From Tepidisphaeraceae bacterium (lineage in GTDB: Bacteria > Planctomycetota > Phycisphaerae > Tepidisphaerales > Tepidisphaeraceae), in the NCBI GenBank assembly GCA_049512115.1, contig JBEKXM010000001.1, positions 1 through 32,310 on the forward strand: 32,310 nt of DNA, in the 5' to 3' direction. Position 1 is the stretch's first letter. The number at the start of each line of letters is the position of its first letter. Below the pieces are notes generated by a model that saw only the letters and a program-made list of their open reading frames with translations, searched no databases and had not been told where the DNA came from. Positions 7,906 to 15,056 of the stretch are shown in pieces. Both the position numbers and the translations under genes were made by a program.

Positions 7906-9483
7906 TCACGGCCGACCTCCTGGCCGAAAATTCGCGCTGGCGGCCAAAACCTCTTCACGAGTGACGGATTCGGGTGGCTTCTCATTCGGCGACGTCGCGA
8001 AATCCGCAAAGCTGACCACGTGCCCCGTGCGCAACCAAAGGTGGAACGTTTTCACCTGATCCATCGAAAGGTTTCGGAACGTTGCCGAGTCGGTCTTGGT
8101 GTTCACACCGTCATTCACAATCGGTCCCTCCCTCGATCCGACTTCGCTTCCGTCATTGCTGATGGCCGTCAGCGCCATAATGTCATTTTTCTCCGCGCTG
8201 CGCTTGTATAATACGTAGAAGTCGTTATCCCCCTGGGGTTCTTTCCGCGTGATCGTATACGTGATCCTGTCCACAACGAGCGGCTTGTCTGAATTGCATT
8301 CACCAATCTGTTTCCACGGCCCTATTCCGACATTCACCTTGATTTCCCCGGACGCCGGGACGCTCGACACGAAAAGGCTCGGACCCGAATGAAATGGCGC
8401 AAATTCTGAATTGGCCGGCACGGGCGTATCCGGCTCGGTCGTCGCGCCGTGAATCTCCATCCCATATCGAAGCGACGGAGTTCGGATGTTGCCGGGCAAT
8501 AAACCAATCTGCATCGGCGCATCGATCGGATCTCCCGCGCCGTCCCACCAGCAAAAATTGTATCGTTCCGGCCGACACAGCCCGAGCAACTTGACTGTCG
8601 CCCCGTTTTCCAGCGTCACAGAATACGCCACAGGCGGGTCATTCGCCGCGTGTTTCGCGCGTGAAGCCCACACAACCGCGATGTCCGCCAGCGTCCTCAT
8701 TTTCGCCGGACCGTTCCGAATCCACCAATCGCATGAAATTCCGGAAGATCCGCCCTGAAAGCTCCAAACCTCCCACTTCTCGGCTCGAAACGCTTCCCAC
8801 ACAACCAGATGGTGATAAAGAGTCCCGGATGCGCCAGTGAATGTGCCAATAAACGCGACGGCCTGCCCCGCCTTAATCTGCCCGTCGAAAATAATCGATT
8901 GCTCACCCTCGGGCGCATCTGCGTTCGGCGTGGGCGTCGATTCCGACAGTTTCAGTTTCAAGTCCGGATGCTTCAGTGTGATATGAATGCTGTCGCGATC
9001 CGGCGGATCGAACTCGTCAAACACCGGCGGCGAAGACGAATCACTCCTCAGCGTCACGCGCTTCGGATTCCTTGCCATCAGGTTGATAAAAAACGAAATC
9101 CCAATCTGTAAACTGCCGTCGCGAACAAACGGCTTGCCGAAATCCACCTGGAAGGATTTGGCCACCACATCCCCTTTCGCACTCGCCTGGGTCACAGCGC
9201 CCCGTAGCGCTGAGCCACTACAAACCATCGCCTGGTATAATTTGCTATCAGATTTCGCCTGTGTCCCGAGCGCCGCAATCGCCGAAGCAGCTTTGTCATT
9301 CAACAGCACATTCCAGCGTGCAACCAGAATCGATCCCGGACGCATCAATTCATCCTGATCCACATTCCCGCCCGGCTGCGTCGCGGCGGGAATATCATCG
9401 GCGATCGCGCAAGGCGTCACCGCAACCGCCGTCATGACGGCAATGATGATTGCCCGCCCGAATATCGATTCAGAACGGCCCAT
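7906..9483 (-). CDS. hypothetical secreted protein (no family recognised)
   Basis: 525-aa ORF with an ATG start and signal-like MGRSESIFGRAIIIAVMTAVAVTPCAIA. No competing ORF of comparable quality. The segment YSVTLENGATVKLLGLCRPERYNFCWWDGAGDPI resembles repeats I have seen in planctomycete envelope and anti-sigma-linked proteins, but I cannot name a domain. Confidence 0.7.
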   Translation of the reverse strand: MGRSESIFGRAIIIAVMTAVAVTPCAIADDIPAATQPGGNVDQDELMRPGSILVARWNVLLNDKAASAIAALGTQAKSDSKLYQAMVCSGSALRGAVTQASAKGDVVAKSFQVDFGKPFVRDGSLQIGISFFINLMARNPKRVTLRSDSSSPPVFDEFDPPDRDSIHITLKHPDLKLKLSESTPTPNADAPEGEQSIIFDGQIKAGQAVAFIGTFTGASGTLYHHLVVWEAFRAEKWEVWSFQGGSSGISCDWWIRNGPAKMRTLADIAVVWASRAKHAANDPPVAYSVTLENGATVKLLGLCRPERYNFCWWDGAGDPIDAPMQIGLLPGNIRTPSLRYGMEIHGATTEPDTPVPANSEFAPFHSGPSLFVSSVPASGEIKVNVGIGPWKQIGECNSDKPLVVDRITYTITRKEPQGDNDFYVLYKRSAEKNDIMALTAISNDGSEVGSREGPIVNDGVNTKTDSATFRNLSMDQVKTFHLWLRTGHVVSFADFATSPNEKPPESVTREEVLAASANFRPGGRP

Positions 9484-9663
9484 GCTGCCAATATGATACT
9501 ATTTCATCGGCTAAAGCAGAAGCAGGCCCACGTCATGCGGGGTAACCTTACCGCTATGATCCGTCGCAGTACCCGAGAGATCGCGATGCCCCCACACGTC
9601 CCGCACCGCGTCTAATGCGCCAAGTCCTCGACCGACAGGAGCGGACTGAAGACGCGTCTCATC

Positions 9664-9703
9664 GGTGAGCGATGTACGGAGTGCATTTCAGATACCGCTC
9701 ACC
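9664..9703. repeat. 40-bp palindromic element, copy A
   Basis: ggtgagcg...cgctcacc forms an 8-bp outer stem. 31 of 38 positions match copy B at 9927..9964. Confidence 0.6.
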
Positions 9704-9711
9704 TCTCACCC

Positions 9712-9864
9712 TTGCCGACGTCCAGTGTGCCCGAGCCGGCGAGCGCGGGGATGATGGTGATGGCTGGATTGGGAATTCTTTGCCGGCGGCGCAGATCTTC
9801 TCGCCAAGCCAACGCGAAAGCCATGCGTACCGCCGCCTTGGAATCGAGCGGCAGCACCGTCTGA
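9712..9864 (+). pseudogene. orphan PEP-CTERM C-terminal fragment (no gene body)
   Basis: The in-frame reading ...LPTSSVPEPASAGMMVMAGLGILCRRRRSSRQANAKAMRTAALESSGSTV* mirrors the last ~50 aa of the 2952..4904 gene. The frame is closed by TAA at 9613-9615, with no ATG before the PEP motif and no upstream domain. DNA homology continues into the 3' UTR to about 9920. Confidence 0.65.
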
Positions 9865-9925
9865 CGTAACGTGGGGTGCGGTTCGTACAGCGCTCACGGA
9901 CAGTGGGCAGCTACGCGCCGACCGC

Positions 9926-9966
9926 CGTGAGCGATATGCGGAGTGCACTCCGGGCACCGCTCACCC
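9926..9966. repeat. 40-bp nested palindromic element, copy B
   Basis: Outer stem gtgagcg (9927-9933) / cgctcac (9958-9964) encloses the perfect 14-bp palindrome cggagtgcactccg (9939-9952). Confidence 0.6.
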
Positions 9967-10126
9967 CCGGTAGCATGCCGTCGGCGAAGATCAGAAAAAC
10001 GTTGCTGTTCGTGTAGCGCTCACGCCCCGACACCATGCTGCGGCTGATGCGCCGGACTTCGCTGTCGGCCAGGGCGCCCATGTCGCCAGATTGATTCACC
10101 GCGCGGAGATGTGGTCGACCGAGCGA

Positions 10127-10840
10127 TTACGAACAGAAACGTGCCAGAACATCCCAAGCACCCTGCAAATCCAGTAAGCTCCGTCTATTTTTCTCGGCGA
10201 TCAGATCCTTGTCCAAAGCCCAGTCATACTTTGCAGCATTCGTCGGCGGCATCCTCTGAACGATTGCAGTCGCATCTTCTTTGACTGAACGGCGAGAACA
10301 AATCATGGATCGAACCTCATCAATCGGTCGTTTGAAGACAAGTGCGATACCCTTATCTTCTGGAGATTGATTTGCCTCATAGAGCAACGCCTGCAATGTT
10401 GCTTGAATTCGTGAGCCAGTCCATGTGAACCACGCGGTGCGCCGAGGTCCAAGCGGGAGAAGCGAATGCCGGCTTATTCCGGAGGCAGCGGAAACACTAC
10501 GAGCGTTCGCCAGCAAACCTTTTGCGGTTGAATCAAGATATTCATATTCGTCAATACTGAAAAACACCCGCTGCATTTTTCGCCTAATAGCCGGATGAAC
10601 ATCGCCGAAACATCCGTTGAACGAAAGCGTCCGTCGACCCATCGCGGGACGAACGTAAATTTGTAATTGCTCCTGCTCAATGGCGACAACCTGCCATCGC
10701 TTGCCGGCCAGCAGAAGAAAATCATTAACCTTGGGCACGGTGGGAATAGTTCCGATGCGCTGCGATTCGAAATATACTGCGTATTCATCCGGCGTAGGGA
10801 AAACTGCATAAAAGCCCTTGCTCTTGCGGATGATCGGCAA
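10127..10840 (-). pseudogene. Lhr-like DEXH helicase C-terminal (DEAD/H-associated) fragment
   Basis: 237-aa ORF beginning at TTG, with no helicase core. DFLLLAGKRWQVVAIEQEQLQIYVRPAMGRR...F.G, then later LLPLGPRRTAWFTWTGSRIQATLQALL, follows the order of C-terminal motifs in Lhr / ligase-associated DEXH helicases. About 50% GC by eye versus about 62% around it. It overlaps the end of the DUF932 frame by 56 nt. Confidence 0.45.
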
Positions 10841-11444
10841 ACTCCGTCGCCGCGTTCAGCGCTGCCCAGAGCGTTCCGCGCATCCCCGGCAACGTGTTCT
10901 GGTCGTCGGCGAAGTTGGCATGGAGCTGGTCCATTGCCCGCAGGCGGTTGGCCCGCTCCCGATCGGAAGGCTGGTTGCCCAACGGCGCCAGCAGGGCGTC
11001 GAAGTATCTCTGCAAACGCCCGTTGGCCATCTCCACCGACCGCAGCACGTCGATCTCCTGGCCGAACGTTTTCAGCCGCTTCTTCACCAGCCCCAGGGTC
11101 TGCTGGGCATCCTCGACGCGACCTTGCAAATCACCCCGGTGCCGGATGGTGACGCCTTCCTCCTTGCCGCCGGACAACGCCAGATTGAGGGTGTTCTGGC
11201 AGACAACCCTTACGCAGGTCAGGATCGCCCGCAGGCAGGAGGAACCGTCGAAGGTGTTGTAGACCAGTAAATAGGGTTGGATGGAATCGCCCCGGCCGGC
11301 TTTGAGCTGATCCGGCAACTTCAAGAGCATCCAGACGCGCTTGCCGCCGCGCAGTGCCCCGGCGGTCTCGTACTTGGCCAGCCCCTCGCCGACGACTGCA
11401 TCGGCGAACTGAAATGCCTCGGCGTTCTGGAAGGGCCGGTATCG
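10785..11444 (-). pseudogene. DUF932 (phage/plasmid-like protein, TIGR03299-type) internal fragment
   Basis: The frame is open from just after TGA (11445-11447): RYRPFQNAEAFQFADAVVGEGLAKYETAGALRGGKRVWMLLKLP...QPYLLVYNTFDGSSCLRAILTCVRVVCQNTL...IRHRG...TLWAALNAATEFADH. This matches the DUF932 core (Y.PvQN.eaf, HDGS-like, RVVC.NT). The N-terminal ~80-100 aa and the C-terminal end appear to be missing. Confidence 0.7.
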
Positions 11445-11627
11445 TCAAAACAGATCGGTTTCGATGGAATCGATGGCGGCTGTGATCGAAGCCTTCGCGA
11501 TCTCGCCCTGCGTGGCCCCGCCTTTTAGTAATGGCAGCACCAGGAGCCCCTTGATCTCGTTCAACTCGTCTACGACGACCTTTTGCGGATCGTCATCTTT
11601 GTCTTTCTTTTTGCTCATATCCTTCAC
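11445..11627 (-). CDS. small Lys/Asp-rich ORF with HTH-like segment, possibly a fragment
   Basis: 60-aa ORF (GTG start) MKDMSKKKDKDDDPQKVVVDELNEIKGLLVLPLLKGGATQGEIAKASITAAIDSIETDLF. GATQGEIAKA resembles the turn of an HTH. It sits in a gene-fragment context. Confidence 0.3.
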   Translation of the reverse strand: MKDMSKKKDKDDDPQKVVVDELNEIKGLLVLPLLKGGATQGEIAKASITAAIDSIETDLF

Positions 11628-11633
11628 CTTTGG

Positions 11634-11798
11634 TTATGCCTCGTCGCCAGCAAAGGGTTTCACGCAATGCGCAGCGCGCTTGAGTAGCCCCTTTGGAAAC
11701 ATCTTGGAGACGACACTGTTGCTTACGCCGAGCGTGGCGGCGATGTCCTTCTGCTGCCGAACCACGTTTTGGCCGGCCTGTAGGCTACAGGTTTGCAC
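11634..11798 (-). CDS. small HTH ORF or fragment
   Basis: Not in the track (54 aa, GTG start). My translation: (V)QTCSLQAGQNVVRQQKDIAATLGVSNSVVSKMFPKGLLKRAAHCVKPFAGDEA*. QKDIAATLGVSNSVVSK is a textbook helix-turn-helix. Confidence 0.3.
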   Translation of the reverse strand: MQTCSLQAGQNVVRQQKDIAATLGVSNSVVSKMFPKGLLKRAAHCVKPFAGDEA

Positions 11799-11849
11799 GT
11801 TGCCGATTACAGCGAAAGCCTGAAAAACCAGGCAAAGCCATGCGAAGGG

Positions 11850-11877
11850 TTGCGAAAGTGGCTTGACATATTAGAAT
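11850..11877 (+). promoter_or_regulatory. sigma70-like promoter candidate (TTGCGA-N16-TAGAAT)
   Basis: ttgcga at 11850-11855, a 16-nt spacer, tagaat at 11872-11877. It points toward the tRNA remnant and glnK. Promoter rules for this lineage are uncertain. Confidence 0.25.
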
Positions 11878-11923
11878 GCTTGGAAATTCTGGGTGTCTTC
11901 GAGCTTTTCGGCAGTCAAAAACG

Positions 11924-11970
11924 TCATTCTTACAAGGTGGAAGTCAGGGGTTCGAATCCCTTATCGCCCA
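11924..11970 (+). other. tRNA-Val(UAC) 3' half (anticodon arm to discriminator), with no canonical 5' half
   Basis: cttacaa (U33, anticodon UAC, A37), ggtgg (3' anticodon stem), aagtc (5-nt variable loop), agggg-ttcgaat-ccctt (T arm with the GTTCGAATC box), atcgccc (3' acceptor strand), a (discriminator). The upstream DNA lacks a D arm with GG and lacks the complementary gggcgat. Confidence 0.5.
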
Positions 11971-12055
11971 TTGTCGATGTCTTGGAAGCTCCAGTTGGCT
12001 AGTTTGGACGGCAAACCATACACTGGAGCCACTTGGCCAATTCGGAGGATTTCTA

Positions 12056-12394
12056 ATGCAGATGATTGAGGCGGTCATCAAGCCGCACAAGATCGACGAA
12101 GTCAAACAGGCGCTGGCGAAACTGGGCGTGCTGGGGGTCACGGCGATGGAATGCAAAGGGTTCGGCCGGCAAATGGGACACACCGAGCGGTATCGCGGGG
12201 CAAAGATGGACGTTGGATTCGTACCGAAGGTGTTGATCAAGGTTTGCGTGAAATCGGAGGACTTGGAGAAGGCGACGGCGGCAATCGTCGAGACGGCCCG
12301 CACCGGCGAGGTGGGTGATGGGAAAATCTTCGTCTATCCGGTCGCGCAGGTGATTCGCATCCGCACCGGCGAAACCAATGAACAGGCATTGTAG
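12056..12394 (+). CDS. glnK: P-II nitrogen regulatory protein
   Basis: ATG 12056 with GGAGG at 12044-12048. The 112-aa MQMIEAVIKPHKIDEVKQALAKLGVLGVTAMECKGFGRQMGHTERYRGAKMDVGFVPK...GDGKIFVYPVAQVIRIRTGE aligns residue-for-residue with E. coli GlnB/GlnK. It lies directly upstream of amtB. Confidence 0.95.
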   Translation: MQMIEAVIKPHKIDEVKQALAKLGVLGVTAMECKGFGRQMGHTERYRGAKMDVGFVPKVLIKVCVKSEDLEKATAAIVETARTGEVGDGKIFVYPVAQVIRIRTGETNEQAL

Positions 12395-12423
12395 GTCCGG
12401 TTTTTCATGGTTGGATTCGAGGA

Positions 12424-12449
12424 CCACCGGAATCCTTGTATTCCGGTGG
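12424..12449 (+). promoter_or_regulatory. perfect 10-bp hairpin in the glnK-amtB spacer
   Basis: ccaccggaat (12424-12433), loop ccttgt, attccggtgg (12440-12449). No U-tract follows. Confidence 0.4.
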
Positions 12450-12515
12450 AGTAATTCGGGCCCGGTCGAGTCATCGGAGGAAATGGCGTCGCCGGCCTGG
12501 TAGCGGAGGAAAAAC

Positions 12516-13976
12516 ATGAATCGGACTTTGGCTGGGCGACACTGCGCGCTGGCAGTTCTCGTATTGTCTGTATGGACGCCGACAGGCGCCTGGGCGGCCG
12601 AACCGGTGCGGCTGGGCGATCCCAAGAACATCAATGCCGGGGATACGGCCTGGGTGCTCGTCAGCACCGCCCTGGTGCTCATGATGACCGGGCCGGGACT
12701 GCTGCTGTTTTACGGCGGACTTCTGCGAAAGAAAAACGTCCTCTCCGCCATGATGCACTGTTTCGTCCTCATGGCGGTTGTGAGCCTCGTTTGGGGGATT
12801 GTCGGCTATTCGCTGGCCTTCGACGTGGGGACGCCGTTTTTCGGCGGATTGCGCTTTGCCATGCTGCGCGAGGTCGGCGCCGCTCCCGCGGAATATGCGC
12901 CCACCATTCCCCACACCGTGTGGATGGCTTTCCAGATGATGTTCGCCGTCATTACTCCAGCGCTCATGTGCGGGGCTTATGCCGAGCGAATTAAATTCTC
13001 CTCCATGTTGGTCTTTTCGACGGCGTGGCTATTGCTGGTGTACTGCCCGCTGGCCCACATGGTCTGGGGCAAAGGCGGCTTGTTGAGCGCTTCATTCGGT
13101 GGATTGATCCCCGCGATGGATTTTGCCGGTGGGATGGTGGTGCACCTCAGCGCCGGGATTTCCGCGCTGGTGGCCGCGCTGGTGCTGGGCCGGCGGCATG
13201 GATATCGCACGCACCCGATGCCGCCGCATAGCATGGTGCTTGCCGTTATCGGCGCCGCCATGCTGTGGGTTGGATGGTTCGGGTTCAACGCCGGAAGCGC
13301 CCTCTCCGCCGGCGCACTGGCGGGATACGCGCTGGTCAACACGCATTTCGCCGCCGCCGCCGGTGCGTTGGCCTGGATGTCCATCGAGTGGATCTGGACG
13401 GGCAAACCGACGGTTCTCGGCATCATATCCGGCGCCGTTGCGGGATTGGCAACAATCACTCCCGCCTCCGGGTTCACGCTGCCGATGTGGGCGATCGTCA
13501 TTGGCGCCTCGGCCGGAATCGTCTGTTATTTCGCCGCAACCACTCTCAAACAAATCCTGGGATACGACGACAGCCTGGACGTATTTGGCGTACACGGCGT
13601 TGGCGGAGCCCTGGGAACCATTCTCACCGGCGTCTTCGCCGTCGCCATGGTCAACACGCCCGCGGGCTTTGGAAACGTCACCAAACTCGGACTTGTCGAA
13701 GGATCGGCAACCGCCCTGGTTCACCAAATCATCGCCGTGGCGATTACCGGCGGCCTGGCGGTCGTCGGCTCTCTGGTGATCCTCGTGATCGTCCGGGCGG
13801 TCATGGGACTTCGAGTGCCCGCGCAAGACGAATATGCCGGCCTCGATCTCAGCCAGCACGGCGAAGCAGGCTACAACCTCGAGGATGAGTTCGGCGCGAC
13901 GTATGGCGGAGCCGAGTCGACCAATGGAGAGTTACAAAAGAAGCCGGACCGGATAACGGCTTCGGCGCGCATATAG
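12516..13976 (+). CDS. amtB: ammonium transporter
   Basis: 486-aa multi-pass membrane protein with a cleavable-looking signal (MNRTLAGRHCALAVLVLSVWTPTGAWA) and Amt signatures (DTAWVLVSTALVLMMTPG, FAGGMVVHLSAGISALV, GWFGFNAGSA, DDSLDVFGVHGVGG). GGAGG lies upstream. Confidence 0.95.
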   Translation: MNRTLAGRHCALAVLVLSVWTPTGAWAAEPVRLGDPKNINAGDTAWVLVSTALVLMMTGPGLLLFYGGLLRKKNVLSAMMHCFVLMAVVSLVWGIVGYSLAFDVGTPFFGGLRFAMLREVGAAPAEYAPTIPHTVWMAFQMMFAVITPALMCGAYAERIKFSSMLVFSTAWLLLVYCPLAHMVWGKGGLLSASFGGLIPAMDFAGGMVVHLSAGISALVAALVLGRRHGYRTHPMPPHSMVLAVIGAAMLWVGWFGFNAGSALSAGALAGYALVNTHFAAAAGALAWMSIEWIWTGKPTVLGIISGAVAGLATITPASGFTLPMWAIVIGASAGIVCYFAATTLKQILGYDDSLDVFGVHGVGGALGTILTGVFAVAMVNTPAGFGNVTKLGLVEGSATALVHQIIAVAITGGLAVVGSLVILVIVRAVMGLRVPAQDEYAGLDLSQHGEAGYNLEDEFGATYGGAESTNGELQKKPDRITASARI

Positions 13977-13996
13977 CGGCGGCACGATTGCCCCCC

Positions 13997-14992
13997 TCAT
14001 TCCGGCTTGGCCTGGCGCGTCATCAGCGTCGTCAGTGCGCGGATCACTTCCGTCCCCTCGAACAGCACCGAATGCACAGCCTCGGTGATCGGCATTTCAA
14101 CGTTGTGGCGGATCGACAACTCGCGCACGCTGCGCGTCGTCGGAACGCCTTCGGCGACGCTATCCATTGAAGAGAGAATGTCCTGAAGCTTGCGGCCTTT
14201 GCCGATCTGTTCGCCGACCGTGCGGTTGCGGCCTTCGGGGCTGACGCAAGTGGTGATGAGATCGCCCAACCCGGCCAGGCCCTGGAAGGTGGATTCCTGC
14301 GCTCCCATGGCCACGCCCAGGCGGGTGATCTCCACCAGGCCGCGGGTGACCAATGCGGCCTTGGCGTTGTTGCCGGCGGCCAGGCCGTCGAGGATACCCG
14401 CGGCGATGGCAATGACGTTTTTGGTGGCGCCGGCCAGTTCCGTGCCGATCACGTCGCAGTTCGTGTAGACGCGGAACCACTGGGTTGAAAAAACGCTTTG
14501 GACTCGGCGGGCCAGATCGGCGTCATCGGAGGCGGCCACGGCGGTCGCGGGGAGATATCGCGCCAGCTCCGCGGCGATGTTGGGTCCGGACATCGCCGCC
14601 AAACCGCGGCCGCGGCCGACAACGTCCATCACGATTTGCGTGGGACGAAACAAAGTTTGGTTTTCGATCCCCTTGGCAACCGAGACGATCGGCACACCCG
14701 CCGGCACGTGCGCCGCCAACCGCTTCCACACGCTGCGCATGTATTGCGTGGGGACGGCCGAGAGGATCAGCGTGCAACCGTCGAAGCATTCGGCGTCGTT
14801 GGCGGTGAGGCGGACGTCTCGGGGCAACCTCACGCCGGGCAGAAACCGCCGATTCTCGCGGTTCTGGGTCAGCCGGTTGATCGAATCCTCGAACACACCC
14901 CAAAGCGTCACGTCGTGCCCGCCCTGGCTCAGGAGCAGCGAACAGACCGTCGCCATCGCGCCGTCGCCGATGATTGTGACTCGCTCGGACAT
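13997..14992 (-). CDS. gpsA: NAD(P)H-dependent glycerol-3-phosphate dehydrogenase
   Basis: 331 aa. Rossmann motif VTIIGDGAMATVCSLLL and GpsA motifs NRRFLPGV, VSVAKGIE, GATKNVIAIAAGILDGL, GNNAKAALVTRGLVE. Confidence 0.9.
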   Translation of the reverse strand: MSERVTIIGDGAMATVCSLLLSQGGHDVTLWGVFEDSINRLTQNRENRRFLPGVRLPRDVRLTANDAECFDGCTLILSAVPTQYMRSVWKRLAAHVPAGVPIVSVAKGIENQTLFRPTQIVMDVVGRGRGLAAMSGPNIAAELARYLPATAVAASDDADLARRVQSVFSTQWFRVYTNCDVIGTELAGATKNVIAIAAGILDGLAAGNNAKAALVTRGLVEITRLGVAMGAQESTFQGLAGLGDLITTCVSPEGRNRTVGEQIGKGRKLQDILSSMDSVAEGVPTTRSVRELSIRHNVEMPITEAVHSVLFEGTEVIRALTTLMTRQAKPE

Positions 14993-15005
14993 GAGGGCAT
15001 CTTAC

Positions 15006-15051
15006 GAATGCCGAATGCCGATTGCCAATTGCCGATTGGAATGACGGAGCC
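15006..15051 (+). repeat. 5x heptad repeat element, copy A
   Basis: GAATGCC GAATGCC GATTGCC AATTGCC GATTGGA (15006-15040), then cggagcc. It fills the 64-bp spacer between the GH20 stop and the gpsA start. The 17-mer ccaattgccgattggaa is identical in copy B. Confidence 0.8.
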
Positions 15052-15056
15052 CGCCA

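Noticed and set aside
7467-8009. 180-aa and 129-aa (7513..7902) minus-strand ORFs downstream of the 525-aa gene
   Set aside because: They overlap each other and the end of the 525-aa gene, are Arg-rich, and have no motif or credible start context. I treat the region as spacer or possible gene relic (see finding) and make no CDS call.
9911-10099. 62-aa minus-strand ORF in the repeat-rich spacer
   Set aside because: It runs through the palindromic repeat elements, has no recognisable motif, and lies in a region otherwise made of fragments.
11445-11798. The HTH ORF, the 60-aa ORF and the DUF932 fragment all lie in the same frame, separated only by TAA (11634-11636) and TGA (11445-11447). This raised the possibility of stop-codon readthrough or recoding, or of one long gene with nonsense mutations.
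   Set aside because: Two different stop codons would both need recoding. The upstream segments do not resemble the missing DUF932 N-terminus. Shared frame has about a 1-in-9 chance expectation. Independent fragments remain the simpler reading.
11891-11970. A complete 80-nt tRNA, since 5' gggtg can pair with 3' cgccc
   Set aside because: Only 5 of 7 acceptor pairs form. There is no D stem and no GG in a D loop. The 5' region is ~7 nt too long, and the anticodon stem needs three G-U pairs. Only the 3' half is tRNA-like, so I report it as a fragment.
11981-12036. Sigma-54 (-24/-12) promoter upstream of glnK (tggaagctccagttggc, tggagccacttggcc)
   Set aside because: The GG-to-GC spacing is off by one in both candidates, and the -12 element is TTGG, not TTGC. 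This is not convincing without a genome-specific model.
13092-13859. 255-aa minus-strand and 218/207-aa plus-strand alternative-frame ORFs over amtB
   Set aside because: amtB is unambiguous. The others are Arg/Gly/Pro-rich high-GC artefacts.
13987-13999. 13-mer attgcccccctca shared with 31750..31762
   Set aside because: Several perfect 13-mer matches are expected by chance in a 32-kb window on two strands, and there is no extended similarity around either copy.
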